In this document: positions 28,043-43,110 of the stretch, one piece after another
How the letters are laid out: each line of letters begins with the position of its first letter
Position numbering within the stretch: the stretch's first letter is position 1
Assembly: GCF_009914755.1 (NCBI RefSeq)
Contig: NC_060925.1
DNA from: the human T2T-CHM13v2.0 reference genome, Homo sapiens
Reading direction: 5' to 3' (one strand)
Length of the DNA: 64,000 bases
The notes under the pieces: generated by a model
The model's input: the letters and a program-made list of their open reading frames with translations, nothing else
Databases searched by the model: none
What the model was told of the DNA's origin: nothing
Made by a program: the position numbers and the translations under genes

Positions 28043-29349
28043 AAAAATACTATACCCCAGCATCTGTTCAACAACTATTTCTTAAACATTATATTGGGAT
28101 CGGAAATATCATTCGCCACTAGGTTTACAAAACAAATAATAAGTGGACATTTTTAAGGGGCTTAATTTCTGGTATGTATTTTGAAGACAGGCCTAGGGCT
28201 GAGATACAGACACAATATATTGTTACATTACCCTTTCTAGAAGTGAGAACATATCTGTATTTTATCATCTTTGTAGCAGATTTTTTTTTAAAAAAGTCAC
28301 CTTTTGGTGACCAGCTGAATGATATCATCTGTTTGAGAAAGCTTTAGAAGCAGTTCCTGGAAAAAGGCTATACAATGAATTATTTTTCTCACTGAATTTT
28401 CCAGAGTGCCACAGCAACAATGGTTCAGCACTGTTAGGAGGTAGATCATTTCTCTGCACTCACACGTCAGAAATCCTATGGCACACAAGAGTGGACCACT
28501 GACTGCATATCCCACTTCTCATAGTGCTCTTGAGAGCAGTTCCGTCTTTCTGTGAGATACCATATAATAGACTTCTTAGAAACAGGCTGTTTTGGCTCAT
28601 ACTGTGTTTTTACTAAATGACTTCAGAGTGGGGAAAAACCTTTGCCTTGAACTTGGGAAGATGCATAATGAATGGATAGGAAATAGCCCCATAGAAAGCC
28701 ACTTAGTAAATATGCAGGTCTGACGGGGTACTGGGTAAACAACTCTGTGAAAAGACAATGAAATTCCATGGAATAATCCTATGATTCTATCCAAATTAAG
28801 ACAATTCATGAAACAGAAAACATTTTTTCTTTCATTTTTCTTTGGCTCTTGGGATCATCTGACATTGATTCAATATAATTTTGTTACAACACAAATACAT
28901 TAAATAATTATATTTCAGAAGGAATCAAAACAATTTTAATTAGAAAACACTTCTTGAGGACTTTCACTATCCTGAGGATGTTAAAAAATTATATTGACTG
29001 CCTCTTCTTGCAACTGTCAAGAGGCTAAGAATTTAAACAAGCAGTTGATTATTTTGAGATCTGCAGTACCATCTTTTCCAATGTTTAATCAAATTGTATA
29101 ATTGTCATTTTAGAGTAAAAAAGAGCATACTGGTGTCATTTAATGATAGTATCAAGAGCAGAACTCATTTAAAATTCCTTTATCACTCCCTACCCCCAGT
29201 GTTTTTCTCTCTTGCCCAGAGTACTTAAAAACTACCACACACCTGTTTCTGCCTCTCAAGTAGGGACATACCAGACTATGCTGTCAATTGAGGAAGACTT
29301 TGCCCACTTCAGTTGCCTTACTTGGTAGTGGCTACTTAGCACTCCTTAG

Positions 29350-29535
29350 ATCAGCATTCCCAGTCATCCATTTTTGACATTTAGAAAGAAATAATTATTC
29401 ACTGTGAAGCAGTGTCTTATACATTGCAGAATATTTAGCATTCCTGGGTCTTATGTGTCAAATACCAGCAGGATTTATCAGCCTTTATTAGAAAACAAAA
29501 CATTTTCATGCATTTTCAGATGACACCCTGGAGGC
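29350..29535 (-). mobile_element. MER20-like hAT element, degraded
   Basis: CATTGCAGAATATTTAGCATTCCTGG resembles the MER20 reverse strand. Confidence 0.45.
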
Positions 29536-29569
29536 TTAGAGCATGAGTACTGACACAGATATGAGGGAA

Positions 29570-30660
29570 ATACTCATTCATTTATTCAATAAGTCTGTCA
29601 AACATCTGTGATTATAAATCAATTAACATATTAGGGGTAACTTACTATCTAGTTGGAGAGACAACAAACTAAACATGAAATCACACTTTCACTTATGTAA
29701 CTTATACACACAAAGTGTTAATAAAAAAAATATTACTGGTAAAATTAGAGAAGGCTATAGAGAGGATGAAAAAAATATTACCTCAGTTTTGAAGGACCTA
29801 GAAGAATAGCCCAAGAGAAGAAGAGTAGAACATTTCAGTCACGAGGAATAGAATACGCAAAATCTCAGCTGTATAGAAGAAAATTAGAAATAGCGAGTGT
29901 CATTCCAGAGGGACTGAAACAATAAATAGGTTTTGGAAGAGTGATTAAGAGAAGATATTAAATGGCAGGAAAGGGGAAAAGCGAATGAAAAGGAGAGTCG
30001 TAAAAGGCAAATTTTGAGCCACCTGTGAAATATGAACGATTTTTGTGTTCCTCTGATTTTCCAATCCTCCTATGGGATTTTACTCTCGTCCCATCATAAT
30101 GCCTATGAGGGCGAGTGATACCAAACTCTCTTGTCATGCCTGACCCTTCCCCTGATGTTCACATGACATTTCCACTCTCTGCTCCCCATGTTTTTAACAG
30201 TTCTGCCCCAACCTCAGACTTAAAAGGTCTATAATGAACTCCTTATCTCTTCGTCTGAACTAGGTTTTGGCTTCTCTGTCACTATTTCTATATTAAAGTC
30301 ACTAACTTTTTTCTTTCATTCAGATTTCCCTACTGCCAGTTACTGTCTTCTACTTGAATTTTCTTGAACAATATCTCATCTACAAATTTTCCTCATAGAT
30401 TTCAACTGTTATAACTCAGGAGCCCATTCCTAGGCTACTGTACACCTTCCCTAGCTGGTTTCCCAGCCTCCACTTTCTGCTCTCTTCCATCATTCCTGCA
30501 CACTGCCATTGGACAGATCTCAATATATTCCTTTGGTTGCTTTGGCCTTGTGCTCAAAAATAGGCTTCAATGACAGAGAAAAGAAAAGGGAAAAGAAAAA
30601 TCTGCTTATCTCGGCATTCAAGGCTCCCACAATCTGGCCCTAAATGCTTTAATTCCATTA
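29570..30660. mobile_element. L2 fragments (minus about 29570-30000; plus about 30100-30660)
   Basis: CATTCATTTATTCAATAAG; GGCATTCAAGGCTCCCACAATCTGGCCC. Confidence 0.55.
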
Positions 30661-30704
30661 GTGGCTCTCCTTAACTTTCAATGATACTCAGCTGGTAAAA
30701 ATGT

Positions 30705-30910
30705 TTTGGTATTAGCCATGTATTGAGCACTTTCTATTACCTGACATTGATGGAAGTGCTTTCTATGAATTTTTTCATTTGACCTTTATTAAACCTTATC
30801 AGTGGGTGCTTTTATTTCTCATTTTATAGATGGAAATAAAAAGATTTAGAGATGAGGTAACTTGGCCACCTTTATGCAGGTAGTAGATGATAGGGCCAGA
30901 ATTTGAAATT
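30705..30910 (-). mobile_element. MIR SINE
   Basis: TATTGAGCACTT; CTCATTTTATAGATG; GAGGTAACTTGGCCA. Confidence 0.7.
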
Positions 30911-31137
30911 TAAATTTATTTCTGATTTGTAATGTCATCCTATACTTCTGATTCGCTCTCCCTCTGTATTAACTACTCTTTAGTCTCTGAAACCGGTATT
31001 ATTATATCACTTTAAATGCTTCTAAGTTTTTTCTTATCAAAATTCAGCCCATCTTTCAAATCCTACTCAGAAACTACTTTCTCCATAAACACTTCCCTAC
31101 CAACTTAAGTCAAAGTCACCTCTCCCTCCTGCCAAGC

Positions 31138-31280
31138 CAGTGGTTTCCAACTTTGGCTGCACGTTGGAATCATCTGTGGAGACTTGATATAATTGGCCTG
31201 GAAGCCACCTGGGCATTGAGATTTTTTTTTTTAATCTCTCAAGGTGATTCCAATGTGCAGCCAAGGTTGAAAACCACCAC
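31138..31280. mobile_element. MER5A1-like hAT MITE (quasi-palindromic)
   Basis: CAGTGGTTTCCAACTTTGGCTGCACGTTGGAATCA pairs with TGATTCCAATGTGCAGCCAAGGTTGAAAACCAC. Confidence 0.85.
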
Positions 31281-33149
31281 TCTAGGATCTTAAGCAAATT
31301 TTAAAAAAATTCTACAGTTCTTTTGTCAATTAAAATGACAGACTGGCATAATTTAGGGACAGATTTGGAGATCAGTTTATTCTGTAAATGAGGATGTTGA
31401 ATATGATTCATGATCTATGATTAGTGATCTTCACATATTTTTTGGCAAAATACTTCATTTGAAATCTTTTGGAGACACAGAATTGGTGAAAAAATGTTGA
31501 ATTCCATTTTTAAAAATGGAGAAGGAAAACATCCAACCTCCTTTCTTCCATAACATCCCTGGGGTCTCTGAGGAAACTACATGAAAACTCCATAGCATCT
31601 AAGATAAAAATCTGCATATACTCAGTTACAAAAGTCCTTTCTGTCTATAAAAGTCTAATATTCTGTGGTATCACGGCTAAATTCAAGATAAATTCTCTCT
31701 ACGTTAGCTGTTTTACTGGACTATTTCTCTCCCAACAATGCATTATTCAGCTAATAGAGTTTTCTTAGGGAATTATATTCAACTAATAAAAACAGTATTT
31801 TCAAATGGTCCAGAAATGGCATCATGTCCCCAACAGCTGGTACTAATGTTTCAAACTCACAACCACCTCTGAGGACAAATACGAATCTATCCCTTTTACC
31901 AATGAAGACATTGAGGGTAAAGGGGTTAAGCGACTCACCTCAACTTGTGGTTCAATTTAGTGGTGCACTCCCAACTCCTAATCCAGTTTATTCTATTTCT
32001 TATAAATATTTCACGAGCCTATCCGTTACCTGCCACCATGGGCTTAAAAACATCTCCACTAATGAGCAGCACAGAGCTGTCTCTAAGCTACTTTGAACCA
32101 AAGTTCAGCCAGAATTTAGTACAATAGACAATTCACAACACATTGCCAGAGATCAGCAGGGGGAAAATATGCACAACACAATTCTGCATTCAGGTAAAGT
32201 GTACTGAAGACATTTTTTAATGGCAAACATAAAAATAAAATGCTTTGTAACAAAAAAGAAGTGGCATATTGAGTTTGGAATCTGTCTATCAAGTAAAGAA
32301 TAAAGAAGAAGTAAATCAATGAAGACCTGTTACTTCAAAACATATCAAATTTTAACAAAAGAAAGTTTTTTAAAAAAAATTCTGACCTGGGTATCTCAGT
32401 TTTCTGAGAAAACTCCAGCTAACCACAACTCATTTTTATTCCCATTTTCATTTTCTCCTCTTTTCCCAACTGATCATTTTCCTTACTACATGAGGGTCAG
32501 TTCGGAGGTCTGCCATATGAAACTGTCACAAAAATACGGGCGGATACAAGATGCCTGCTAGTGAGAGAAGCTTAGGTGAATAATCCATCAGGAAGTGCCA
32601 TCACTAAGTCAAGGGAATAACACACGTAGGAGGACACATAAACATCCGCAGGGACTGAATCCTTTCTGTTTAATGTATCTTATTACTTGAGCTGGCAATC
32701 TTTAAAATTTGAAAGACATGTAGTGCCCTAGAATTTCAGAGTAATTCTTTCTTTTTTTTAACAACCAAATAAAAGGAAGCCAATAGTAACAGAATTGAAT
32801 AATTTAAGGCTTATGTGAAAGAATTTACTTCAACATTAAACTTCTAGTTCTTCAATGAGAGACACATCTGCTCTCTGTTCTTAAATCTTTGTAAGAAAAT
32901 AAGTGTGAGGATTAGGAAGCTGGCTGTGTAGATTTACATTCATACAAACTGTAGAATATTTCTTCAGATTTAATACTTAGCTAATAATTTTACCTGAATT
33001 ATGTGTTTAGAAAACACTACTTTCATTTATTTTAAAGAGGAACTTTATTAACTATAATTGATATCAAGCTTAACTGAGAAAAGCTATTAGGCTGGTTAGC
33101 ATTTATGTAATTTGGGGGAAAATATATGTAAGCACAGTTTCGACGTAAT

Positions 33150-33710
33150 ATGCTGAATGTCTAACTGCCCTTGGCTCTCTTCTGAGGGAATTGGCCCCAG
33201 GAATTTCTAAGGCATAGGTTGTCAATTTTGGCTGCAACTGTCTGACGCAGGAGTGGATGTTGGACCCTAAGGCAGCCATCTGCAGGGGATTGTCACAGGA
33301 TTCTGTTCATAAGAAATGCCCCTAGACTGGATGGTGACAATTCAACTAAAACAAATACTCTCTCTCAGGGAGTTTGAATATGAAACAAATAAATACAGAG
33401 TCAGCTAGCAGCAGCAGAAGGAAAAGCAGTTAAAACAAAGACAAAGGCATTAACTAGCAGAGCTCAAGAGAAGAGCATGATGGGCTCATCCTCCTAGAGG
33501 CAACACAAGATAACCAGGTTATTACCAGAGTAATGCTGAATGCTGAACAAAGTTCCACTGCTCTCAAGGTGCGACTACAGAATTACACCTACATTCTCAA
33601 TGTAGGGCCTCTGTAGCTTTTCAGTCTATTTCTTGTTCTTCCTTCATCAAAATCCTCACTGCACACTGTAACCAAACCTATCTCTGTTCCTTGCAGCCTC
33701 AAAAAAGCAT
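33150..33710 (+). mobile_element. Ancient ERVL/MaLR-type LTR, subfamily uncertain
   Basis: TCTCTCTCAGGGAGTTTGAAT and 3' TCTCTGTTCCTTGCAGCC motifs. Confidence 0.4.
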
Positions 33711-33899
33711 AAGGTCATGTGCATTAAACATCTTTAATTGGAAGTGATCAACAGGGTTAAATATCACTGGATTTCAGTGCTAATTCCTCTATTTAGTAAT
33801 GACATTAATATTTTCCAACTTATCCTTTCTGCTACCAGACAGTAAATCAGCAACACTAAATAATCCTAACTGGTATTATAAATTTTTGAGAGGAAGTAC

Positions 33900-34150
33900 T
33901 AACGTAGTGTTAAAAAGCATAAGCTTTATAATTCAAATCATAACTTCACTACCTGATAGCTCTGTGATCTTGGATATGTTTCTAAACCTCTCTGGATCTG
34001 TTTCCTCATCTGTAAAACAGAGATACTAATTTTATCTACCTCATAGAGTTTTTGTGACTAGAGTTTTTGTGGAAAATTAAATGAATTAGCATATGTAAAG
34101 CATTTAGAACTTCAGCAGATAATAAGCACTGTATAAGTACTACTTATTAT
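33900..34150 (+). mobile_element. MIR SINE
   Basis: CTGTGATCTTGG..AACCTCTCTG..TCTGTTTCCTCATCTGTAAAA..GTAAAGCATTTAGAAC. Confidence 0.85.
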
Positions 34151-34779
34151 TTTACTGTTATTTAAATGGGAACCTAATTTGAACTTCAGAAGATTATATT
34201 CTCATTTTTTAAAAGCATCATCTACTTAAAAGAGGATGATTCAGCTTTGTGGAAACTGGTGGTGTTCTTCACCCCCAACGTGTTTTCATTGTTATTAGTC
34301 CACTGCAATATAAAAATGAAAATGAATGCAACTCTCAAAAGACACCAATTAGGCACATCAGTTGATTACAATTAATTTTGGATACAAGATTTGGCAAGGA
34401 AAATATGCTTAGCCAAAACATTCTAAATTCTTCTGTTATATAGACAAGCACCTTAAGCTATTCATAAAAATTCCAGGCCCCGGGATATTCGCTGGAGCTA
34501 TTCATCAAATAGTTTAACAGCTGATAAAGAGTTGACCGAAACAGAAATGATTGAATTTCTCTCTAAGGAGCCAGAGTGAGTCTCTGGCAAAAACAGGAAG
34601 CTATTATGTCATGTCCAATTTATTTAGTCTAGTGATTCAAAGAACACTGCTCCATCCATTATCATCATTTCCCCTTCTAAGGTTCCTATATTCATTAGGA
34701 AATGTCCTTAGCCACCCTAAAGATTTCATGTTCATTATCTACATTAGATTGAATAAACTGGACATGGCCTAGCAGAGTG

Positions 34780-35020
34780 AAAACACAATATTAACAAACA
34801 GATGCTGGACTTTAGTGCCTTAAAGTGGCTTTAAGGGATGCTCTCAATGGCCCGCGCCCTCCCCACCTGAGGATTCCAGCAGTGAGCTCTGCCACCCCCA
34901 CTCTCCTCTTTGCACTCAGGGGTGGACGGTTTTTATAAGCAAGAGGATTAATAGGCCCAGGAACAGATGCTCTTTTACAGTAAGTACTATTGCAATATCC
35001 AATTGTGCTTTACGTGCGGT
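34780..35020. promoter_or_regulatory. Candidate promoter/enhancer motif cluster
   Basis: GC box CCCGCGCCCTCCCC (34851), CACCC box, TATAAAAA on the minus strand (34930-34937), forkhead-like TAACAAACA, HNF4-like TGGACTTT, local CpG retention in repeat-free DNA. Confidence 0.4.
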
Positions 35021-37244
35021 TGATAGCAATCACTCCCCAAAGAGACATTTCTTAAATACTTCTCTATTTTAAGATCCACATTTTGGTAATTTTATTAAGT
35101 TAGAAATTAAACACTTGCTGGCTAAAGTGCATCACTGACTGTGAACAAACTGTGCTTAGAGACCCTTTGGAAAGTATATGTTCTCTGGATTGTTCAACAC
35201 AACATTTGCCCAACTAAATAGAGAGCAAAATTGGTGAATACATGGGAACAATTAAATTTCTATCTTGTCTAGCCACAGAGATGATAAATCCAAAGCACAG
35301 TCAAAAAACTAATTGAGGCATCTGTAAAAAATTTGCACTCCATTATCACATCTTAGGCCCTCAAAACTGTTTGCGGAACTCATCAGTAAAGTTTTCATGA
35401 TAAAAAGATGGTGGATTTTTCTCTGCCCTCTTCTAGCAGAGAATAAATATATTCTCAGGATTTTCTGTATGTATTTGTTGTAGTGGGGGGTGTTAAATAT
35501 AGAAATCGCATTAAATCTCAGTTAGTTTGGCCCTGATTTTATTCCAAATGAATATGTGTCCATGGTGAGTGATGGGAAGACAGCAATTAAATTGATTATT
35601 TATGCTTAGTTCATTCACTGTTAATATTGGCATGGCCATTCATTGATAGTCATTTTAGTAAAATCAAACCAAGAAGAAAATTCAAAGAAAAGTGTAAGAT
35701 GATTGAAATTATACAAAAGGTCTTGATTTTATTCGTTCTTTCATGTGCTTTGACTTTACTGCCAGTTATTTCTGTATCTCTTTTTCTTTCCCCAAGCAAT
35801 TTCTCATCGTAGTGATCCCTGTATAAAATTATTCTGATCTGTGTTTCCTTACAAGAAAAATGTTCAATATATTCAGGATCTTTTTCAGTAAAACTCTTGA
35901 TCATCTCTAAATGTCAAGAATTTTATATGTTGATAGATATTATATGCATGTGTCTAGATTGTCATAAATAGGATAATATTAAAAATAACATTCCCATGAT
36001 TTTATTATTAAGTCAGGACAGAGAACTGTAAGGAAGTACACTAAGACAATGGTCATCGGTCCAGCCTCTTCATTTTTTATCTGTTGTGCCTCTGCAACTT
36101 TCCCACAAACAGCAAATAAGGAGACTTACATCTCTCTTTCTTTCCCCTTATTCTCAAGAGGAGGGGGAGAAAAGACCTGCATGTAGGAGGATAGACAGGT
36201 GATATTATCAGAGTATCTGGCGGAGAAGAAGATTAGGATGAAACCAGAATGTGGATCACTGAATTGCAAATGACTCACTTGAGTAAGAGAGCATTTCATG
36301 GGTCCTGATCAAGCTATAGCATTTCTCTTTTTTCCCCTCTAATGGCTATGTCAATACTTCTTCCCTGGAAGAAAAACTTTCCTTAACATTGAGGTTGCTA
36401 AGATTTATATGATGGAAAGTTGTAATAATTAAGGTCTGGCCCTATGTATAAAAACAGGGAGAGCTATTTGTTTGTGGCTACATATAACTATCAGCCCACC
36501 ACTTTTTTTTTATGATAGTCATCATGGCTTTTTGTGACTGGTATAATTTCAAAAAGGAAGCAGAGACCATGACTGAAAAAATGTTAAAACAGTTTACTGG
36601 TCACAGGGTATCCTCTGTGTCCTAGGAGTCAGGCAATATAATTTAACTCAGAGAGCACAGCTTTCATAAAATCTTCTGAGTCAAAGTAGTACACTGTGTT
36701 CTTCAAGATGCTCCCTGTCAGAAGCTCTTCCCATTTTCATGACAAAACAAAAGGAGTGGGACAGTTTGGCTTATTGCCTCTTTCAATGGTCCAACATTTT
36801 TAACATCATCAATATATTCTGCATCATACTCAGAACATCCCAAAATCCCTTTATAAGTAAGGTGAGTTGTATTTGGAATATGGGGAATTTAAACATATTA
36901 TTGTGGATTATTTGGAAATAAGAAGAAATGTCTTTGCACAAATCCTTTCACCATTATTACGTTGGATGAAATAAGTCTGACTGCAGATAGAAACGCAGAA
37001 GCAATTCAGCAAGTATAAAATTGCACTGACCATTTAATTGCTCAAATTATATTTGACATAGGATTAGCATTAGGCCTCTCTACCACCAGGTCTCTATTTT
37101 GCTAACTTTTATAATATATCTTACAAATTCTAACAGAGCTCCAGGATAATATGTAAGTTAGCAAGTAGTCAAAATAATGATATTTAAATATCCCCAACAT
37201 TTTCAACTTCCTTGTGTTTCATAAGCTTTACCTGTTTCTCTTTA

Positions 37245-37900
37245 TGCAGTTAATAAATGGTTATTGAATGCCTAGTAAATCCCAAGCACTGTGCACGGTA
37301 TTGAATATATGATAGTAAATGAGATAAATACAGGTTCCTTACCCTGAAAGAGTTTGCAATATTTTTGGAGACACCAGCAAGCAATGAGGCAATTCCAGCA
37401 TGATACATGCTTTAACAAGAAGGAGCAGTTTTCTAAGGAACCGCACGCAGTAGAAAGGCATCTAGGCAGAATTGCAGTAATTAGAGAAGTATTTCTCGAT
37501 AAAGTGACATCTAAACAGAATCTTTAGTGATGAGCCATTAGCCAGATGAAGGAGGATTGGTGGTTCTAAGAAAAAGAACAAGATAGAGCAATGAGAGTTG
37601 GAAACAAATACCTTTACATTAAAATATTAGCCACCCTGTACAGGTTTAAAGGTTAAGGGGAAGGCTCCAGTTGAGGAAGAAGATGAATAAGAGAGGAGGC
37701 AGTGGGTAAAACTAACAGAGTAAATACCTCGTGAAGGCATAGCACTGCTGCAGAATGAGTGTTTAAGTTGAGGAAGGACTCTTATTGCACTATAATGGAA
37801 AGAGAAAGTTAAAAAATAAACATAAATATAGATAAATTTAAAGGTGCAGTGGCAAGAATTTGAGAGAATTCCCCTAAAAGGGTTTCAATTTTTTAATATG
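37245..37900 (-). mobile_element. L2 fragments, followed by a MIR at about 37915-38105
   Basis: TATTGAATGCCTA..CCAAGCACTGTGC; AAGTGACATCTAAACAGA; MIR-like CCCAGTTTGCAGATGAAAAAA. Confidence 0.6.
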
Positions 37901-38404
37901 AACAAACGTAGCAATCAATAATAATTGATTATATTTTACTTCCCAGTGTGATTAGTTTATCTAATACTCGGAACTTCCTGTGACATTGACACTGATACCT
38001 CCCCAGTTTGCAGATGAAAAAAATACTTCAGAGAAGATACTTTTTCCAACATCGCACAGTCAGAATGTGACAGAGTCAAAGATAACAGTCCAGATTCTCC
38101 ACACCATATGTTTACTTACAGTTCCTCCAATAAGACAGAAGCCGTTCTCTGCTCTGAGAATGGACCAGGAAACAGAGACAAGTATGAAGAGAGTAGAAAA
38201 GGATCAAAATAGCCACTAATTTCTCCCATTCTAACTACATTCTAATTACAAGGGCTGCTAGATAGTGCTGAAGATGAGTAGAAATAGATTGTATCACCGG
38301 TCATTTGGAAATGTGAGATTTGCTCAGCAGCTCGATCAAGTGTGGACATGGGAAAAGTAAGAAGTCGAACTGACAGATTGGAAGAGCATTTTCCAGATAG
38401 ACGA

Positions 38405-38784
38405 TGTCTCCGTCAGCCCAGGCTGCCATAACAAAATACCACAAACTTGGTGGATTAAACAACAGGTATTTATTTCTCACAGTTCTGAAGGCTGAAAGTC
38501 TGCAATCAGCCTGCTGGCATGGTTACTTTTGGGGGAAGGCTCTCTCCTTAGGTTACAGAGAGCCACCTTCTTGCTGTGTCCTCAGATGGCTAAGAGAGAG
38601 GAAGAGAAAGCTCTCTGATCTTTCTTTCTATAAGGGCATTAACCCCATCATGAGGTCCCCCTCCTTATGACGTTATCTAACCCTAAATACCTCCCAAAGA
38701 CCGCATCTCCGAATACCATCACCCTGGGGATTAGGGGTTCAACATATGAATTTGGGAGTGGAGTTCAACATTCAGTCCATAGGA
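38405..38784 (-). mobile_element. MLT1A0-like solo LTR
   Basis: GGCTGCCATAACAAAATACCACA...AATACCATCAC...TTCAACATATGAATTT...AACATTCAGTCCATAG. Confidence 0.88.
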
Positions 38785-39798
38785 GATGGGAAAAAAAGAA
38801 TGATGAATAAATATGTGATTTAAAAAATAAAAAGTTCAAGAGCTGGACCATGAGAATCTATAATGAACGAGAAAGGAAGTACAGACCAGCAATGCAAGGG
38901 AGAAAGTGATGGCACCCCAAGGAGGTGAGAAAACATATGGAATAGGAAGAACTCAGCTCCAACAGGGGAGAAGAAAGATGCAGTGAGATAACTATGTAAT
39001 GTTTCATATCTCCCATGTAGACTTTCAGTTAATATCGAAAAGTAAATAAAGGTCTGTAGGCTTATTTTCACTTAGGCAGGAAAGGACTTGGGTGTTTGGG
39101 GTATGCTCTGCAAACACACTTCAGGAGAGAGAAAACCTAAGAGGCAGAAAGAAGCTGACAACCTCAAAGAAGAATGAATGGCAAGAGAAGTTTCCAGGAG
39201 AGAAGAGAAGGTGAATGAAGGAAGCTGAAAGACAGCTCGATGGACGCTCCGATAAAATTGCGCCCTGTGGCTAGTAAAAGGGAAACACAGATAACTAGAA
39301 GAAAAAAAATAAATTCCTACTATATGTAATGTATATTCACTGCATCGAAATAATCTATCTTACTGGATAATGAGGCTTAATAGTTATAATGAATGATTGA
39401 AATAAATTTTAAAAAGAATAAGGGATCGAGTCATTGAAGAAAATGTGATAGCTATTCAGATATAATTTTAAATAATATATTAACAGCGTTTTTTTCCTTA
39501 ACCTATCATCTTTCAAGATAGAACTCAGAGAGTATCATCTACTTTCTGCTGCTCCATAATTTATATTCTTCAAGGAAGAGGATTAGCAGGGAAGACATAA
39601 TATTCAACTATTTCTGTCACTAGTAGACATTTTCAATTACCAAAATAAGTTTGCTCAGTAAACTATTTATTTGATTGCGATTAAGAACACAAAAATTAAT
39701 TTGTGTTGGATTAACTTTCAAGGAGTTCGAAAAAAGAACTGAACACTAAAATCCAATGGTATCTGTTTATGGGGAATCATCCTTTGAACACTTCAGCT

Positions 39799-41480
<1,682 letters not shown>

Positions 41481-42679
41481 ATTTTGTTGAGCAAAATTTA
41501 CCTTTAACCATGATTTCTATTATATCCATAAATAAATTTATTTAATTTTAAATGTTATAGTACCACTAATTTACAATTTATGCCAGTCAAAAAAAATCTG
41601 GCCCTCACGTTTTATTGCAAAAGAGTTGAAACACATCTCATTGTAATAAAATTAAAAATCTATGGACCCCTCTCTTTTTCCGCCATTTTGTCAAAACTGC
41701 AAAACAAGTCTTGCGGAAGTAGGCCTAAGGGACTTTTGCACCGATATTGTACTGGCAACCCACCACGTACACCAATTTTTATTGTCATGGCCCAAACTGA
41801 AAAACAGGTTTTTTGACTTTTTTCCTCCTCAGAGAGAGTTTTTTTCTTTTGTTTTCTGGAAGCACAGCTTAGGAGCCTGAGATGATAATTTTTGCACGTA
41901 TTTTTCTCCTTCCTTTGGGAACCTTAACCATATAGAGACCTTAACACAAACCCTGATGCTCCCTTCATATTTATCCAGAATAGCCCAAGCAAAGCCTGAA
42001 AATAGGGTATCAACAATAAAAATCAGAAATTTGATTCACAGATCAACACTTATATAACTGGCCGAGGTGTTGGCAATAATTCTCAATTCACATAACACAT
42101 ATTTGTTTAATAAAAAAGAGACGATGTTTGTTAGAAATACTTTAAAAGGTACCTAATCAGATATTTTTACCAAAACAGATGTTTCAGATGACAGAATATA
42201 GAAGTATAAATCCGAGGTGGGATGGGTGGGTATAAAGAGGAGTTCTGAGAGTGAAGTAAAATCTAAGCTGTTACAGTCTAAGAAGTGGACAAGAGGACTT
42301 CCTAGCCCATGATTCATATGTCTGCCTCCTGGGTACAGGTAAGTCTTATTGAGATCAAATAGAATATTCAAGAAGAATGGCTTGAGCCCTTGCTGTGCAT
42401 CCTATAGCAATTGTACCACTGTCCTCCAATAAATTCCTGCACATTCTCAAGGGTGGGGTTGAGGGGTTAGGGCTGGAGTGGGGCTGATTTTCTGTCAGTT
42501 CACTTCACAGCTTGGTTTCCTGCTGCTGTCCAGCTCACCCAACCACAGTTCCCATTTGGCCCACCATGTCCCTTCATACTGGATTTCATCTTTCTGTGAC
42601 AGAGGCACATTGTCACCTTTCAAATTCACATTCTTAACTTATCTTTCAAAATAATAGAGTCCTAATTTTGACCTTCACA

Positions 42680-43110
42680 AATTGCAGTCAGCTGAAAGTC
42701 TATGTTTTCCAATTTTCTTTATCTCTACGTACTGGCCAGTAAGATGTGTGTAAAGTTCTGCATAAATGAAAGTGTTCTGTGGAACTTCCAGAAAGCCTCA
42801 TTAGGAAAGAAAAAATATGTTCTTCATCCATTTCTCTGTACTATCCCCTGAAATACAGATGAGAAGTTCTGTGGGAGTGACTACATGGGGAGCCACAAGG
42901 ATGACAGCTTCGCCCTCAGGGTGGCAGAGTGGAGATCTAGAAGGAGCATGGGTTCCTGATGACTGACCATGGAGTCACCATACCTGCTATGGACTGCTTT
43001 TCCCTGGAATTCTTTATGTGAGAAACAAATAAGCTTCCCATCATATTTAAGCCACGTTCTTTCAAGCTTTCTGCCATACAGAGCTGCATCTGGTCATAAC
43101 CAAAACGACA
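42680..43110 (+). mobile_element. MLT1J-like LTR
   Basis: GGTGGCAGAG..AGAAGGAGCATGGGTTCCTGATGAC..TTTATGTGAGAAACAAATAAGC..TTTAAGCCAC. Confidence 0.7.

Noticed and set aside
42328-42345. Isolated consensus donor CAG|GTAAGT (and others near 36860 and 54987-55008)
   Set aside because: No matching acceptor plus open frame was found, so there is not enough to call exons.
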